Assembly: GCA_963665295.1 (NCBI GenBank)
Contig: OY762209.1
Coordinates: forward strand, 1,056,001-1,120,000
DNA length: 64,000 bases
DNA from: Syntrophorhabdaceae bacterium
Lineage (GTDB): Bacteria; Desulfobacterota; Syntrophorhabdia; Syntrophorhabdales; Syntrophorhabdaceae
Direction of reading: 5' to 3'
Part shown: one piece after another, positions 41,274-51,345 of the stretch
Layout: each line of letters begins with the position of its first letter
Position numbering within the stretch: the stretch's first letter is position 1
Notes under the pieces: generated by a model
Databases searched by the model: none
Told to the model about the DNA's origin: nothing
The model's input: the letters and a program-made list of their open reading frames with translations, nothing else
Position numbers and translations under genes: made by a program

Positions 41274-43979
41274 TCACTTCATTGCGGCCTTGACGCGCCC
41301 GGGGGTGATGGGCAGGTCCCTCACCCTTGCCCCCACGGCCCTCGCTATGGCGTTGGCTATGGCGGGGGCCACTATGGTGGTGGCGGGCTCGCCGGAGCCT
41401 ACCGGATAATCGGTACTCGGAACGAGGTACACCTCGATCTCGGGTACCTCCGCCATATGGAGCGGATTGTACCCGACGAAATCCTTCTGGACCACCGCGC
41501 CTTTCGAAACGGAGCCGGCATCTTTCACGGCGAGGCTGAGGCCCCACAGCAGGCCCCCATGCATCTGTGCCATGACGCCGTCGGGGTTCACCACAGTGCC
41601 CACGTCGGCGGCCAGGGTGAGCTTGTTGACGCGAAAGGCTCCTGTGTCGGGGGTTACCGTTACTTCGGCGACGCAGGCTATCCACGTGGGCATGGCCCGT
41701 TCCTGGCCGAAGTCGCAGGCGATCCCCAGGGCGGTGTTTTCAGGAAGGATCTTCATATCCCAGCCTGAACGCTCCGCGGCCTCCTTCAGTACCCGGGCGA
41801 GCCTGAACGCGCCTCCTGCCGCGTTCGGCGGACCTCCCGCCTGTTTTCCCTTTCCGTCGAGCATCCTGAGCCGGAACTCCACGGGGTCGAGGCCCGCCAG
41901 TCCCGCGAGTTCATCCATGAAGCTCTCCACCGCAAAGGATGTGAACCCGGGACCGACGGAGCGCAGATATCCGGGAGGGACCACCTTTTGGGCGAGGTCG
42001 TGCATGATGGCCCGGACATGGTGGTGGGGGACGCTGTACCAGAAGTCCGCTCCTGCCACTGCGAAACTGTCCACCTTCCCCGCCTCGTCGGCTGTGGGAG
42101 CAAGAAAAGCGGGAAGGAGCCGCGCAGTGGGCCAGCCCGCCACCACGTCGTGGATCACCGCCTTGAGACGGCCGTTCTTATCAAGGGCCCCGCGCATCAC
42201 CTGGAGGGTCGGAGAGCGGGGCACGTCGAATTGCATATCCTGCTCGCGGCTGTATATGACCTTGACGGGCCTTCCCAGGGCTTTCGCGGCGAGAACGGCG
42301 ACGACCGCGTAATCCACATCGAGGCGGCGGCCGAAGCCTCCCCCGAGATATCGTTGGTGAAGGACCACCCGGGACGGATCGACGCCGAGGGCCCGGGACG
42401 CGAGGGCCACGGCGGTTGTCTGGTTCTGGCATCCCCCCCACACGTGCCAGGTTCCGTCTCTCAGTTCGGCGGTGGCGTTCACGGGCTCCATGGGCATATG
42501 GAGGTTGAGGCTCGTAGTGTACCGGGCAGCGAGGGACCGGTCCGCCCCGGCCAGGGCCTCTTCCGCGTCTCCGTCGAGGACCCAGTTGCCGCCGGTTTCA
42601 GGGTCCTCTACGAGGGCTTCCGCGGCCCTCATGAGGTGGTCGCTGTCAACGTCCGCGTTCGGTCCCGGGTCCCACTCGACGACGAGGGCTTCCGCGGCCT
42701 TTATGGCAGCGGGATAGGTCTCCGCGGCCACCACGACAAAGCCCGTCACACTCCCCGTGGGGTCGTCGAGGGCGACGGACCGGACGAACCCGGGCACTTC
42801 CTTTGCTCTATCCTCGTTGATGGTGAGGACTCCGGCCCCGTAGCGGACCGGGGGCGTGACGAGGCGGCCGTAGAGCATGCCCGGCCGGACGACGTCGATA
42901 CCGTAGGGGGCAACGCCATAGGCCTTGGCGGGTATGTCGAGGGCGTCCACGTGCCGGCCCACGAGCCGGTAGTCCCGGGGCGCCTTCAAGGTGATCTTTT
43001 TCAGTTCTTCTTCGTCCGAGACGGCCGTGACCTCCCTTTGCTGAAGTATCTCCCCGTAACTGATAGAGCGCCCCGACACCTGGTCGATGACCATACTCTT
43101 CTCGGCCCTGCACCGGCCGGGGTCGGCCCCGAGGATTGCCGCCCCTGCGTTCACCAGGGCGATACGCCCGGAAGCCCCGGCCCGGCTCAACTGGTCGAAG
43201 GTCCAGTTGACGCTCCAACTGCCTCCCGTGATCATGAGGCCCCATTTCGGGTCGGAATCCACATGGCGGACGCGCACGTCCTCCCAGCGCACATCGAGTT
43301 CCTCGGCAAGGGCCTGGGCAAGGGCGGTGCCCACGTGCTGGCCCATCTCCGCCTTGCTCACATGTACCGTGGCGACCCCTGAGGGGTCCATTTCAAACCA
43401 GAGCGTGCGAAGCCGATTGCCCTTGGGCATCCCCTCCCGGCCGGGAGGGACCTCGTCAAAGAAGACAGGACCGGGGACTCCGGCACTAAGGGTCCCGGGG
43501 GCGCCTTCTTCGGCGGGTTTCCCTTCACGCATCTCCGCGGCCGCGCCTTTTATGGCGGCCTTTACCCTGTCGTAGGTCATGCAGCGGCAGATAATGGAGT
43601 TCATGTTCTTCACGATATCGGCGTCCGTTGGGTCCGGGTTCTTTGCAAGAAGGGCCGCGGCCTGCATGATCGAGCCCGGCTGGCAATAGCCGCACTGGGG
43701 GACCTGGGCCATGACCCAGTACTTCTTGAGCGGGTGCCGGCCGCCCTCACCCAGACCTTCGATGGTAACGATCTGCGAGCCCTCCACCGATGCGAGGGAG
43801 CGGGTGCATGAGCGGACGGCATTGCCGTTTACATGAACCGTACAGGCCCCGCATTGGCCGGCCCCGCAGCCGAATTTTGTTCCTGTGAGGGCAAGGTGAT
43901 CCCGGATAACCCACAGGAGGGGCGTGTCACCGGGAAGGTCGACGGAGATGGTCCTGCCGTTGATAGTTAAAGTGGTCAT
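41274..43979 (-). CDS. Fused 2Fe-2S plus molybdopterin-binding aldehyde/isoquinoline oxidoreductase (IorA-IorB-like)
   Basis: GTKFGCGAGQCGACTV, QCGYCQ, CRC then EMGQ, GGSWS, GGGFGRR, GSGEP in one frame. Confidence 0.85.
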   Translation of the reverse strand: MTTLTINGRTISVDLPGDTPLLWVIRDHLALTGTKFGCGAGQCGACTVHVNGNAVRSCTRSLASVEGSQIVTIEGLGEGGRHPLKKYWVMAQVPQCGYCQPGSIMQAAALLAKNPDPTDADIVKNMNSIICRCMTYDRVKAAIKGAAAEMREGKPAEEGAPGTLSAGVPGPVFFDEVPPGREGMPKGNRLRTLWFEMDPSGVATVHVSKAEMGQHVGTALAQALAEELDVRWEDVRVRHVDSDPKWGLMITGGSWSVNWTFDQLSRAGASGRIALVNAGAAILGADPGRCRAEKSMVIDQVSGRSISYGEILQQREVTAVSDEEELKKITLKAPRDYRLVGRHVDALDIPAKAYGVAPYGIDVVRPGMLYGRLVTPPVRYGAGVLTINEDRAKEVPGFVRSVALDDPTGSVTGFVVVAAETYPAAIKAAEALVVEWDPGPNADVDSDHLMRAAEALVEDPETGGNWVLDGDAEEALAGADRSLAARYTTSLNLHMPMEPVNATAELRDGTWHVWGGCQNQTTAVALASRALGVDPSRVVLHQRYLGGGFGRRLDVDYAVVAVLAAKALGRPVKVIYSREQDMQFDVPRSPTLQVMRGALDKNGRLKAVIHDVVAGWPTARLLPAFLAPTADEAGKVDSFAVAGADFWYSVPHHHVRAIMHDLAQKVVPPGYLRSVGPGFTSFAVESFMDELAGLAGLDPVEFRLRMLDGKGKQAGGPPNAAGGAFRLARVLKEAAERSGWDMKILPENTALGIACDFGQERAMPTWIACVAEVTVTPDTGAFRVNKLTLAADVGTVVNPDGVMAQMHGGLLWGLSLAVKDAGSVSKGAVVQKDFVGYNPLHMAEVPEIEVYLVPSTDYPVGSGEPATTIVAPAIANAIARAVGARVRDLPITPGRVKAAMK

Positions 43980-44042
43980 TGGCTGCCTCCTCGTTTTGTA
44001 AGGGCTTTTCACGCGTTTCGAACAGGGGTCGCCCTTATCCTA

Positions 44043-44071
44043 ATGATAAGGTGGGAATGGTCCGTTGTCAA
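44043..44071 (-). promoter_or_regulatory. Sigma70-type promoter for the Mo oxidoreductase gene
   Basis: TTGACA-N17-TATCAT on minus strand. Confidence 0.6.
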
Positions 44072-44256
44072 AACGGGGACCTGTTTTCAAAAGGGAACCG
44101 TGGAAAGCGAACCCGTGCGGTTCAGAAGGACGGGAAGGTCAGGAAGGGCCGGGCTCCTGTGTACAAGTCCGTCCCATAATGTTAGAATCGGAGCGGGCGC
44201 GGAACGGGTCTTGCCTTCGGGCCGGACCCGCCGCAAGCCCGGAAAGGGTGGAAATT

Positions 44257-44871
44257 ATGGCGACGAAAGAGAAGTTCTATGTCTGGTTCGATACGGAATA
44301 CTCGGGCCTCGGGATCGAGGACGCAGTCCTGCTCCAGGTGGGGGCCCTTGTCACGGACACGGATCTCAGGAGAGTTTTGCCCCCTGACCGGGATATAAGG
44401 CTCGCAATCCGGCTTCCCCGTGACGCGAAGCTGAGCCCGTGGGTTGAAGAGAACCTGCCCCGCCTCCTCGAGGAGTGCCGGTCCGCCGGGGCCGCGGAAG
44501 TTGCCGACGCGGACGAAGGGTTGGCAGCGTACGTCGACTCCGTGGTGGGCCCGCCCGCGGAGCGTGAAAGCGACAGGCCCGTGCTCGCGGGAAACAGCGT
44601 GCACATCGACTGGTGGCTCGTTCGCCGGTTCCTGCCGCGCTTTCTCTCCCGCATCAATTACCGGCTCCTGGACGTGTCGGGCCTCAAACTCGAATGGATG
44701 AACCTCTTCCCCGGTTCGAAGTTTGAAAAGGAAATGCCGGACATGGTGCAGAGGTACTTTCCCGAGGCGGTCCTGCCCGGGTCGGAGGCCCGCCATGACG
44801 CATATTATGACGTGCAGGCCTCTATCGCCGAACTCGCCTTCTACCGGAGGCACCTTTTCCAGCAGTTCTAG
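44257..44871 (+). CDS. Oligoribonuclease-like DEDDh exonuclease
   Basis: VWFDTEYSGL, LAGNSVHID, YRLLDVS, HDAYYDVQASIAELAFY. Confidence 0.78.
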   Translation: MATKEKFYVWFDTEYSGLGIEDAVLLQVGALVTDTDLRRVLPPDRDIRLAIRLPRDAKLSPWVEENLPRLLEECRSAGAAEVADADEGLAAYVDSVVGPPAERESDRPVLAGNSVHIDWWLVRRFLPRFLSRINYRLLDVSGLKLEWMNLFPGSKFEKEMPDMVQRYFPEAVLPGSEARHDAYYDVQASIAELAFYRRHLFQQF

Positions 44872-44886
44872 GGCCTGGGTCACAAA

Positions 44887-45193
44887 ATGCATTCCGGAAT
44901 CCTTTTTCCATTGACAGGCAGCAGGAAAAGGAGCCCTTTCCCTCATCCTGGTCGCAGTATTTGCGCTCTCCCTTGTCACTGTTGAGCTGCATCGGAGCAG
45001 CGACCGGCCGTGGTTCAAGTACCCCGGCTTTCTGGAAGCAGATTCGGAAACCGCGGTAACCGACGGTTACAGGGTTACCGTAGAAGTAAGCGGGGTGACT
45101 CATCGGAGCTTCCTCCCCGCCGCCACGCCGTTATTAGGCCGCACCACGCTTCTCCTCAATGTGTACCGGGCGCCGCCCTCTCTAAAAGCCTAA
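44887..45193 (+). pseudogene. Frameshifted membrane-anchored leader peptide ending in a RAPP motif
   Basis: Frame from 44887 gives MHSGILFPLTGSRKR; another frame open 44915-45193 gives ALSLILVAVFALSLVTVELH...VYRAPPSLKA-stop without its own start. Confidence 0.55.
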
Positions 45194-45295
45194 CCCAAAG
45201 CTTACTGTTCAGCACTATCCAACCAACCCGCGCGCTATAGTTGCCGCAGGTCCGGTCGGAGCACCACGGGAAACCACTTTACTGAGAGGTGACAC

Positions 45296-45814
45296 ATGCA
45301 GCGTCCGGTATGGAGCCTGTGCGCAGGGCTTCTATTTATGAACTTAATGACTGCTGTCTCGTTCGCGGGACAGCCTTTGACATGGCAGGAGGTGCGGGAC
45401 AAGTTCCTGAGTGCCAACCCGAGTTTGCAGGCGGCGCGGATCGGCGTCGAAGAATCCCGGGCCCAGGAAATCACCGCATACCTCCGTCCGAACCCGAACC
45501 TCACCGCATCGATGGACTACATGCATCCTTTTCGCTCCTACGGCTCCGTTCAGGATGCCCAGCCGTCCGTCATGCTCTCCTACCTCTTTGAACGTATGAA
45601 CAAGAGGGAGCTCAGGAAGGAAAGCGCCGAGAAGGGGACGGCCGTGGCCCTTGCCCAGGCGGCGGACCTTGAGAGAAACCTCCTCTTCAACCTGAGGGGC
45701 GCCTTCATCCAGGTTCTTCAGCACAGGGCGATCCTCGCATTGGCCCGGGAAAACCCTACCTATTCTCGATTTGAGCAAAATCCCTGCGAACCTCCTTTCC
45801 CTTGGGGCCCTTGA
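45296..45814 (+). pseudogene. TolC/CzcC-family outer membrane protein, N-terminal fragment
   Basis: Signal peptide, ANPSLQAA...AYLRPNP...ERMNKRELR; truncated near 45760. Confidence 0.75.
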
Positions 45815-47763
45815 CTTCGGTATGGTGGTGGACGGGGCGGTGGTCATGGTGGAAAACATAATCCGCCACCTGAGCATGAAAGAGTCGGCTGCTTCCGTGC
45901 CGGACAGGATCAGGGCCGCCGCGCACGAGGTGCAGAGGCCCGTCTTCTATGCCATCGCCATTATCATCAGCGGCTACTTCCCTGTCTTCACCCTCCAGCG
46001 CGTGGAGGGGCGCCTGTTTCGACCCATGGCGTGGACCGTGGGGTTTGCCCTGCTCGGGGCCATGATATTCTCCATAACCATCGCGCCGGTCTTGATCAGC
46101 TTCCTGTTTCGCAAGGAGACCCGGGAGTGGCACAATCCGGTGGTCATTTGGCTCACGAAGCACTACAGGCAAGGCCTGACCTGGTCCATCCACCATCGCT
46201 GGGCCATGCTCGGCATGGCGGTATTGAGCCTTTGCGGGAGCGTCTTTCTCGCCATGAGCGGGTTGATCGGATCGGAATTCCTGCCCCATCTGGACGAAGG
46301 GTCCATCTGGGTGCGGGGCACCCTCGCACCGAGCGCGGGACCGAGCGAGAGCGTCCGGGTGGCGAATCAGGCCCGGGTGGTGCTTGCCTCCTTTCCGGAG
46401 TGCTTTCTCGCGACCAGCCAGGTGGGACGGCCCGACGACGGGCTCGACACCACAGGGTTTTCCAATACGGAGTACTGTGTGCCCCTCAAGCCCAAGAACC
46501 AGTGGCGGCCCGTCTTTCACCAGAACAAGGAAGCCCTCATCGCCGCCATGAACCGGGAGCTCAAGAAGATCCCGGGGGTGAGCTGGAACTTTTCCCAGCC
46601 CATTGCCGACAACATGGAAGAGGCCATGAGCGGGGTCAAGGGGCAGCTTGCCACGAAGATTTATGGCGACGACTTGAAGATCCTCGAGGCCAAGGCAGAG
46701 GAGATAGCGGGCCTCGTAAGGCACATCCGGGGTATCCAGGACCTCGGGATCTTCCGCGTCATAGGCCAGCCCAACCTGAATTTCGTGGTTGACCCCGCTC
46801 AAGCGGCCCGCTACCAGATAAACGTGACCGATGTGCAGGACGCCATCCAGACCGCCGTGGGGGGCAATGCCCTTACCCAGGTCCTGAAAGGTGAGCAGCG
46901 CTACGACCTCGTCATGCGTTATCTCCCCAACTACCGTGATACGAAGGAGGTTATCGAGAAGGTGCGCCTTCTCGCACCATCGGGGGGAGCGGGTCTCGCC
47001 GGCCCAGCTCTGCACGGTGGAGACCCGGGACGGCGCGGCCCGGATCTACCGCGAAGGAAACCAGCGCTACATTGCGGTCAAATACAGCGTGCGGGGACGC
47101 GACCTCGGGAGCACCGTGGAGGAGGCCATCGAAAAGGTAGACAGGCAGGTGAAGCTGCCCCAGGGGTATTCCGTGAAGTGGGAGGGGGAATACGAGAGCC
47201 AGAGGCGCGCGAGCGCGCGGTTGGCCGTCATAGTGCCTTTGACGATCTTTCTCATTTTCATGATCATTTACGCTGCTTTCAGTTCCGTCAAGTGGGCCTG
47301 CCTGAACCTGGTGACCGTGGCCATGGCCCCTATGGGGGGCCTTCTCGCGCTGCTCGTGACGGGAACATACTTCAGCGTTTCCTCGGGGGTGGGGTTCCCG
47401 GCCCTTTTCGGGGTATCGGTTCAGATAGGCGTGGTTATGGTGGAGTGTATCAATCACCTCCGGGTGAGGGGATATTCGATCACCGAGGCTGCCATCGAAG
47501 GGGCCACGCGGCGACTGAGACCGATCATGATGACCATGCTCGTGGCGACCCTGGGACTTCTGCCCGCGGCCATGTCCCATGCCATCGGGTCCGATTCCCA
47601 GAGGCCCTTTGCCATAGTGATCGTGGGAGGGTTGATCACCGACCTTGTTTTGAGTGTCTTTCTGCTCCCCACCCTCTATGTCTGGTGGGCGCGGCCTACG
47701 GACCGCTTGCCGAGGGCCGAGGAGACCATGGAAATCGAACTGCCGGGGCAGCAGGATGCGTGA
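45762..47763 (+). pseudogene. CusA/CzcA heavy-metal RND permease, N-terminally deleted and frameshifted
   Basis: Starts at ILDLSKIPANLLSLGALDFGMVVDGAVVMVEN; frame change in G6 run 46982-46987; C-terminal RLRPIMMT, GSDSQRPFA. Confidence 0.85.
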
Positions 47764-48109
47764 CACAGGGAGGCGCGGCATTTGCGGCAGCGGAGTTCTT
47801 GTCCTCCTCCTCGTCCTTGCGGCGGCCTTGCTCTTTTCGGGTTGGTCGTCCGGCCATGAGAAGGGAAATGTGAAGGGGTTTCCCCTTCCCGGAGGCGACC
47901 TCGTTTCGGGCGTCCCCTCCGGCGCGCTCCCGCCCGCGACAGGCGGGGCGGAGGAGCCTGCCTGGGAGGCGTTCGAGGCGGCAGAGACAAAAGCGGAACG
48001 GCTTGAAGGGGACCGGGCAGGGGCGCTTCTGGCCTTCAACAAGACGATCGGGATCGTCCTCGCCATGGCGGCGCTTACGTGCATATTGTACCTGCTCCAA
48101 AAGAAGTAG
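47756..48109 (+). CDS. Small hypothetical membrane protein
   Basis: N- and C-terminal hydrophobic segments; start overlaps the end of the RND gene. Confidence 0.5.
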   Translation: MRDTGRRGICGSGVLVLLLVLAAALLFSGWSSGHEKGNVKGFPLPGGDLVSGVPSGALPPATGGAEEPAWEAFEAAETKAERLEGDRAGALLAFNKTIGIVLAMAALTCILYLLQKK

Positions 48110-48293
48110 GGCATCCGGGCCCCGGGGCCCCATGCCCGCCTCGAACCGGAAGGGGTTCCCATGAGGCGGGGTACGGGCGCTTTGACCGGGAGGTTGAAAG
48201 GATATATTGTAGGATAAGGGTCCCGGTTCTTGCCGCATATCCGGTCTTTTTCCCGGAGGTCCGATGGGGCACAAACTTTATTGAACACAGGAG

Positions 48294-49046
48294 GTGTTTG
48301 TGGACGTGGTAAAGGAAGAATTTCAGGATGGGGTGTACGCTATTACCCTTAACAGGCCCGAAAAACGGAACGCCATGGATTTGGAGCTCCTCAACGCTTT
48401 TTGCCATGCCCTCAGGAACGCCCAGGAAAGGAAGGCCTCTGTCGTGGTTATCCGCGGGTCGGGACACTCTTTTTCCGCCGGCGGCGACCTCGGGGAGGTC
48501 GGGCGGAGTCCCGGACGGATCGATTCCATGGCGGACGCGCTTCACAGGGGCATAAAACTCATACGGAAGATGGACGCCATTGTGATCGCCGTCATCGAAG
48601 GGCTCGCGGCAGGGGCGGGGGTAGGCCTCGCCATGGCCTGTGACCTCTCGGTGGCCGAACGGAAGGCGGTGATGAACGTGGGATACCGGAGGATAGGACT
48701 CACCCCCGAGGCCGGGGGCAGCTTCTTCCTTCCCCGCATTGTAGGTGCGAAGAAATTCAACGAATTCTACCTCTTTTCCCGGAATATCGACATGAAGGAG
48801 GCGGAGGAACGGGGTCTCGTGAATTTTGTGTGGGACGAGGCGGAACTCGAGGGCAACCTCCGGAACATGATTGCGGAACTCACGGCCCTCCCCATGGAGA
48901 CGGTCCCCCAGTTCAAGCACCTCGTCAATACCTCCATCTATGGGGGCCTCGACCTTCACCTCGACAGGGAAAGGTTCTCGGTTTCGCAACTGGGAAACAA
49001 GGAACAGTTCAGGACACGCCTCGACAAGAGGTTGAGAGAGAAGTAG
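48294..49046 (+). CDS. Enoyl-CoA hydratase/isomerase family protein
   Basis: ITLNRPEKRNA, FSAGGDL, GAGVGLAMACD, IGLTPE. Confidence 0.9.
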   Translation: MFVDVVKEEFQDGVYAITLNRPEKRNAMDLELLNAFCHALRNAQERKASVVVIRGSGHSFSAGGDLGEVGRSPGRIDSMADALHRGIKLIRKMDAIVIAVIEGLAAGAGVGLAMACDLSVAERKAVMNVGYRRIGLTPEAGGSFFLPRIVGAKKFNEFYLFSRNIDMKEAEERGLVNFVWDEAELEGNLRNMIAELTALPMETVPQFKHLVNTSIYGGLDLHLDRERFSVSQLGNKEQFRTRLDKRLREK

Positions 49047-49129
49047 GAAAGCCGCGCACCCGTCGGACAGGCGTCGGGAAACCCGTCCCGGCGCCCCCGG
49101 AGAGAAAGAAGGATCACCCGCCATTTTGC

Positions 49130-49178
49130 TTGACATCTGCATTAGTTGGAATATACAATAGTTGTGTAATACACACTA
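49130..49178 (+). promoter_or_regulatory. Promoter and tandem operator-like repeats of the marR-hgcAB operon
   Basis: TTGACA 49130-49135, TACAAT 49154-49159; TAGTTGGAATATACAA / TAGTTGTGTAATACAC at 16-bp period. Confidence 0.55.
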
Positions 49179-49199
49179 CACGTCCGGGGGATGTGATCT

Positions 49200-49703
49200 A
49201 TGGATCTCACACTGATACGAAATTTCCGCGGGAAACTGAGGCAACTGGAAAGAGAGATCGGCTGGCAATTGAAGGCCGACACGGAATGTTGCGGGGTCAC
49301 CCTCGCCCAGTGCCACATCATCCTGGAGCTGGGTAATACGGGCGGGGCCTCGGTAGTCGACCTTTCCGCCATCCTCGGCCTGGATACGAGCACCCTGAGC
49401 AGGCACATAAACGGGATGGTGAACGCGGGTCTCGCAAACAGGGTCTCGAACCCGAAGGACCGCCGCTATGTCTCCATTACCCTCACGGAGCAGGGCGAGA
49501 AGGTCTACCGTTCCATCGAGGATATATGCAATGAGAAGTACGGAAAGATATTCGAGCGCATAGCCGGGGAAAAACACGAACAGGTCCTGGAAGGATTCAA
49601 CCTGCTCGTTGATGCCATTACGGCCGCGCGAATCGACGAGGAAGCGGGGTGCGGCTGCTCCGGATCGTGTTTCCCGGACAAAGATGTGGAGGTGAGTTCC
49701 TGA
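49200..49703 (+). CDS. MarR-family regulator with Cys-rich motifs
   Basis: CCGVTLAQCH, LGLDTSTLSR, NPKDRRYV.ITLT; C-terminal CGCSGSC. Confidence 0.88.
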   Translation: MDLTLIRNFRGKLRQLEREIGWQLKADTECCGVTLAQCHIILELGNTGGASVVDLSAILGLDTSTLSRHINGMVNAGLANRVSNPKDRRYVSITLTEQGEKVYRSIEDICNEKYGKIFERIAGEKHEQVLEGFNLLVDAITAARIDEEAGCGCSGSCFPDKDVEVSS

Positions 49704-50881
49704 TGTCAACAAAAGAATCGAATACGTGTTCAGGCGGAGAGCCCGTCACCATCGTCGGTCCGGCCTGCTGCGGCGCCCCGGCCCCGGCTCCCAAGGCGTC
49801 GTCCTGCTGCGGCCCGGTGGACCTTGTGTCCATCGACCTGGCGCCGCCGCCGGCGCCCTACCCGGATGGGGCGTACTGGATCAAGGGCTCCATCAAGACC
49901 GCGTCGGGAGAGATCCCGAGGGTCGGAACCTCCCTGGTGTTCCGCGATACCCTTGGCTCCTGGAAGGCCCGCTGGGGCATCAACCGCATGAACTACCGGA
50001 TCCTGCCGGGGCTCTATGGCGTGGGGGACCCGGACGCCGGCGCCCCGGTGTTTGTCACCGCCAATTACAAGATGACCTTTGACCGGTTGAGGAAGGAACT
50101 GACGGGCATGGACGCATGGATCCTCGTCCTCGACACAAAAGGGATCAATGTATGGTGCGCCGCGGGCAAAGGGACCTTCGGCACCGCCGAACTCGTGAGG
50201 AGAATAACGGTTTCGGGGCTTTCCAGGGTAGTGACCCACCGCACCGTAATCCTTCCCCAACTCGGGGCTCCGGGCGTGTCGGCCCACGAGGTGAGAAAAC
50301 TCTCGGGTTTCAACGTGGTCTACGGACCGGTGCGGGCGAGGGACATAAAGGCCTTCCTCCGGGCGGGTATGAAGGCCACGAAGGAAATGAGGACCGTTGA
50401 ATTCGGGTTCGCCGACCGGCTCTGCCTCACCCCCATCGAGCTGGTGGGCATCGTGAAGCCCCTCGCCGCCATGGCGGCGGCCCTTCTCGTCGTCCGCCTG
50501 ACAGGGCTCATGCACATCACCTTTTCCGACCTCTATCCTTTTATCGGCGCGATTCTGATCGGCGCGGTGGTTGCCCCGGCGCTCCTGCCGTGGATACCGG
50601 GGCGGGCCTTTGCCTTCAAGGGATGGCTTACGGGCTTCATCTGGACCGTGGCAATACTTTATCTCAAGGGGACGTCTTTTCAGGTCCGGGGGTTGCTCGA
50701 TGCCCTCGCCCTTCTCCTTCTTCTGCCTGCCATATCGGCCTACCTCGCACTGAATTTTACGGGGGCGTCAACCTACACGTCCCTCTCCGGGGTAAAGAGA
50801 GAGATGCGTTTTGCCGTGCCGGCCATTGTCGTCTCCGCGGCGGCGGGCATCGGGGCGTGGCTGGCCGCCTTCATCGTATAG
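49703..50881 (+). CDS. hgcA: Mercury methylation corrinoid protein HgcA
   Basis: Cap-helix motif GINVWCAAGKG, TANYKMTFD, C-terminal TM helices, NFTGASTYTSLSGV; ferredoxin follows. Confidence 0.95.
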   Translation: MSTKESNTCSGGEPVTIVGPACCGAPAPAPKASSCCGPVDLVSIDLAPPPAPYPDGAYWIKGSIKTASGEIPRVGTSLVFRDTLGSWKARWGINRMNYRILPGLYGVGDPDAGAPVFVTANYKMTFDRLRKELTGMDAWILVLDTKGINVWCAAGKGTFGTAELVRRITVSGLSRVVTHRTVILPQLGAPGVSAHEVRKLSGFNVVYGPVRARDIKAFLRAGMKATKEMRTVEFGFADRLCLTPIELVGIVKPLAAMAAALLVVRLTGLMHITFSDLYPFIGAILIGAVVAPALLPWIPGRAFAFKGWLTGFIWTVAILYLKGTSFQVRGLLDALALLLLLPAISAYLALNFTGASTYTSLSGVKREMRFAVPAIVVSAAAGIGAWLAAFIV

Positions 50882-50902
50882 AAGCTACAGGGAGGATATG
50901 AG

Positions 50903-51193
50903 ATGAAACACCAGTATCTTGAAAACGTGGTTACCCTTCACATGGACGAAGAAAAATGCACGGGCTGCGGGGTATGCCTCACCGTGTGCCCCCACGGGGT
51001 GTTCGCGCCCGCGGGGAAAAAGGTGCGCATCGTGGACAGGAACGCGTGTATGGAATGCGGGGCCTGTGCGGGCAACTGCGCCTTCGAGGCGGTTACCGTC
51101 GATGCGGGCGTGGGATGCGCCTCCGCCCTCATCAAGGCGAGCCTCACGGGCGGTGAGCCCACCTGCGGCTGCAGCGAAGGAGGGTGCTGCTGA
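50903..51193 (+). CDS. hgcB: Mercury methylation ferredoxin HgcB
   Basis: [29 protein letters not shown], terminal CC. Confidence 0.95.
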   Translation: MKHQYLENVVTLHMDEEKCTGCGVCLTVCPHGVFAPAGKKVRIVDRNACMECGACAGNCAFEAVTVDAGVGCASALIKASLTGGEPTCGCSEGGCC

Positions 51194-51345
51194 CAGGCGG
51201 CCTCCCGATAGCGTAGTCCCCTCCGACCCGCGCCCGGAAAGGGCGTGTTGACGCGGACAGCGCGGTGTGGTAATAAAGAAATCGGCGTTTCTCCGGAAGT
51301 TGTGTGCGGGGGAAACGCGGCCGACGGTGCGTCGCGGGAGGAACA

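Noticed and set aside
43980..44042. Moco riboswitch in the leader of the Mo oxidoreductase
   Set aside because: Only one hairpin (TAAGGGC...GCCCTTA) in a ~60-nt leader; too short for the motif
51191..51250. Selenocysteine readthrough at the hgcB UGA
   Set aside because: HgcB already ends in the usual CC and no convincing SECIS lies at the right distance
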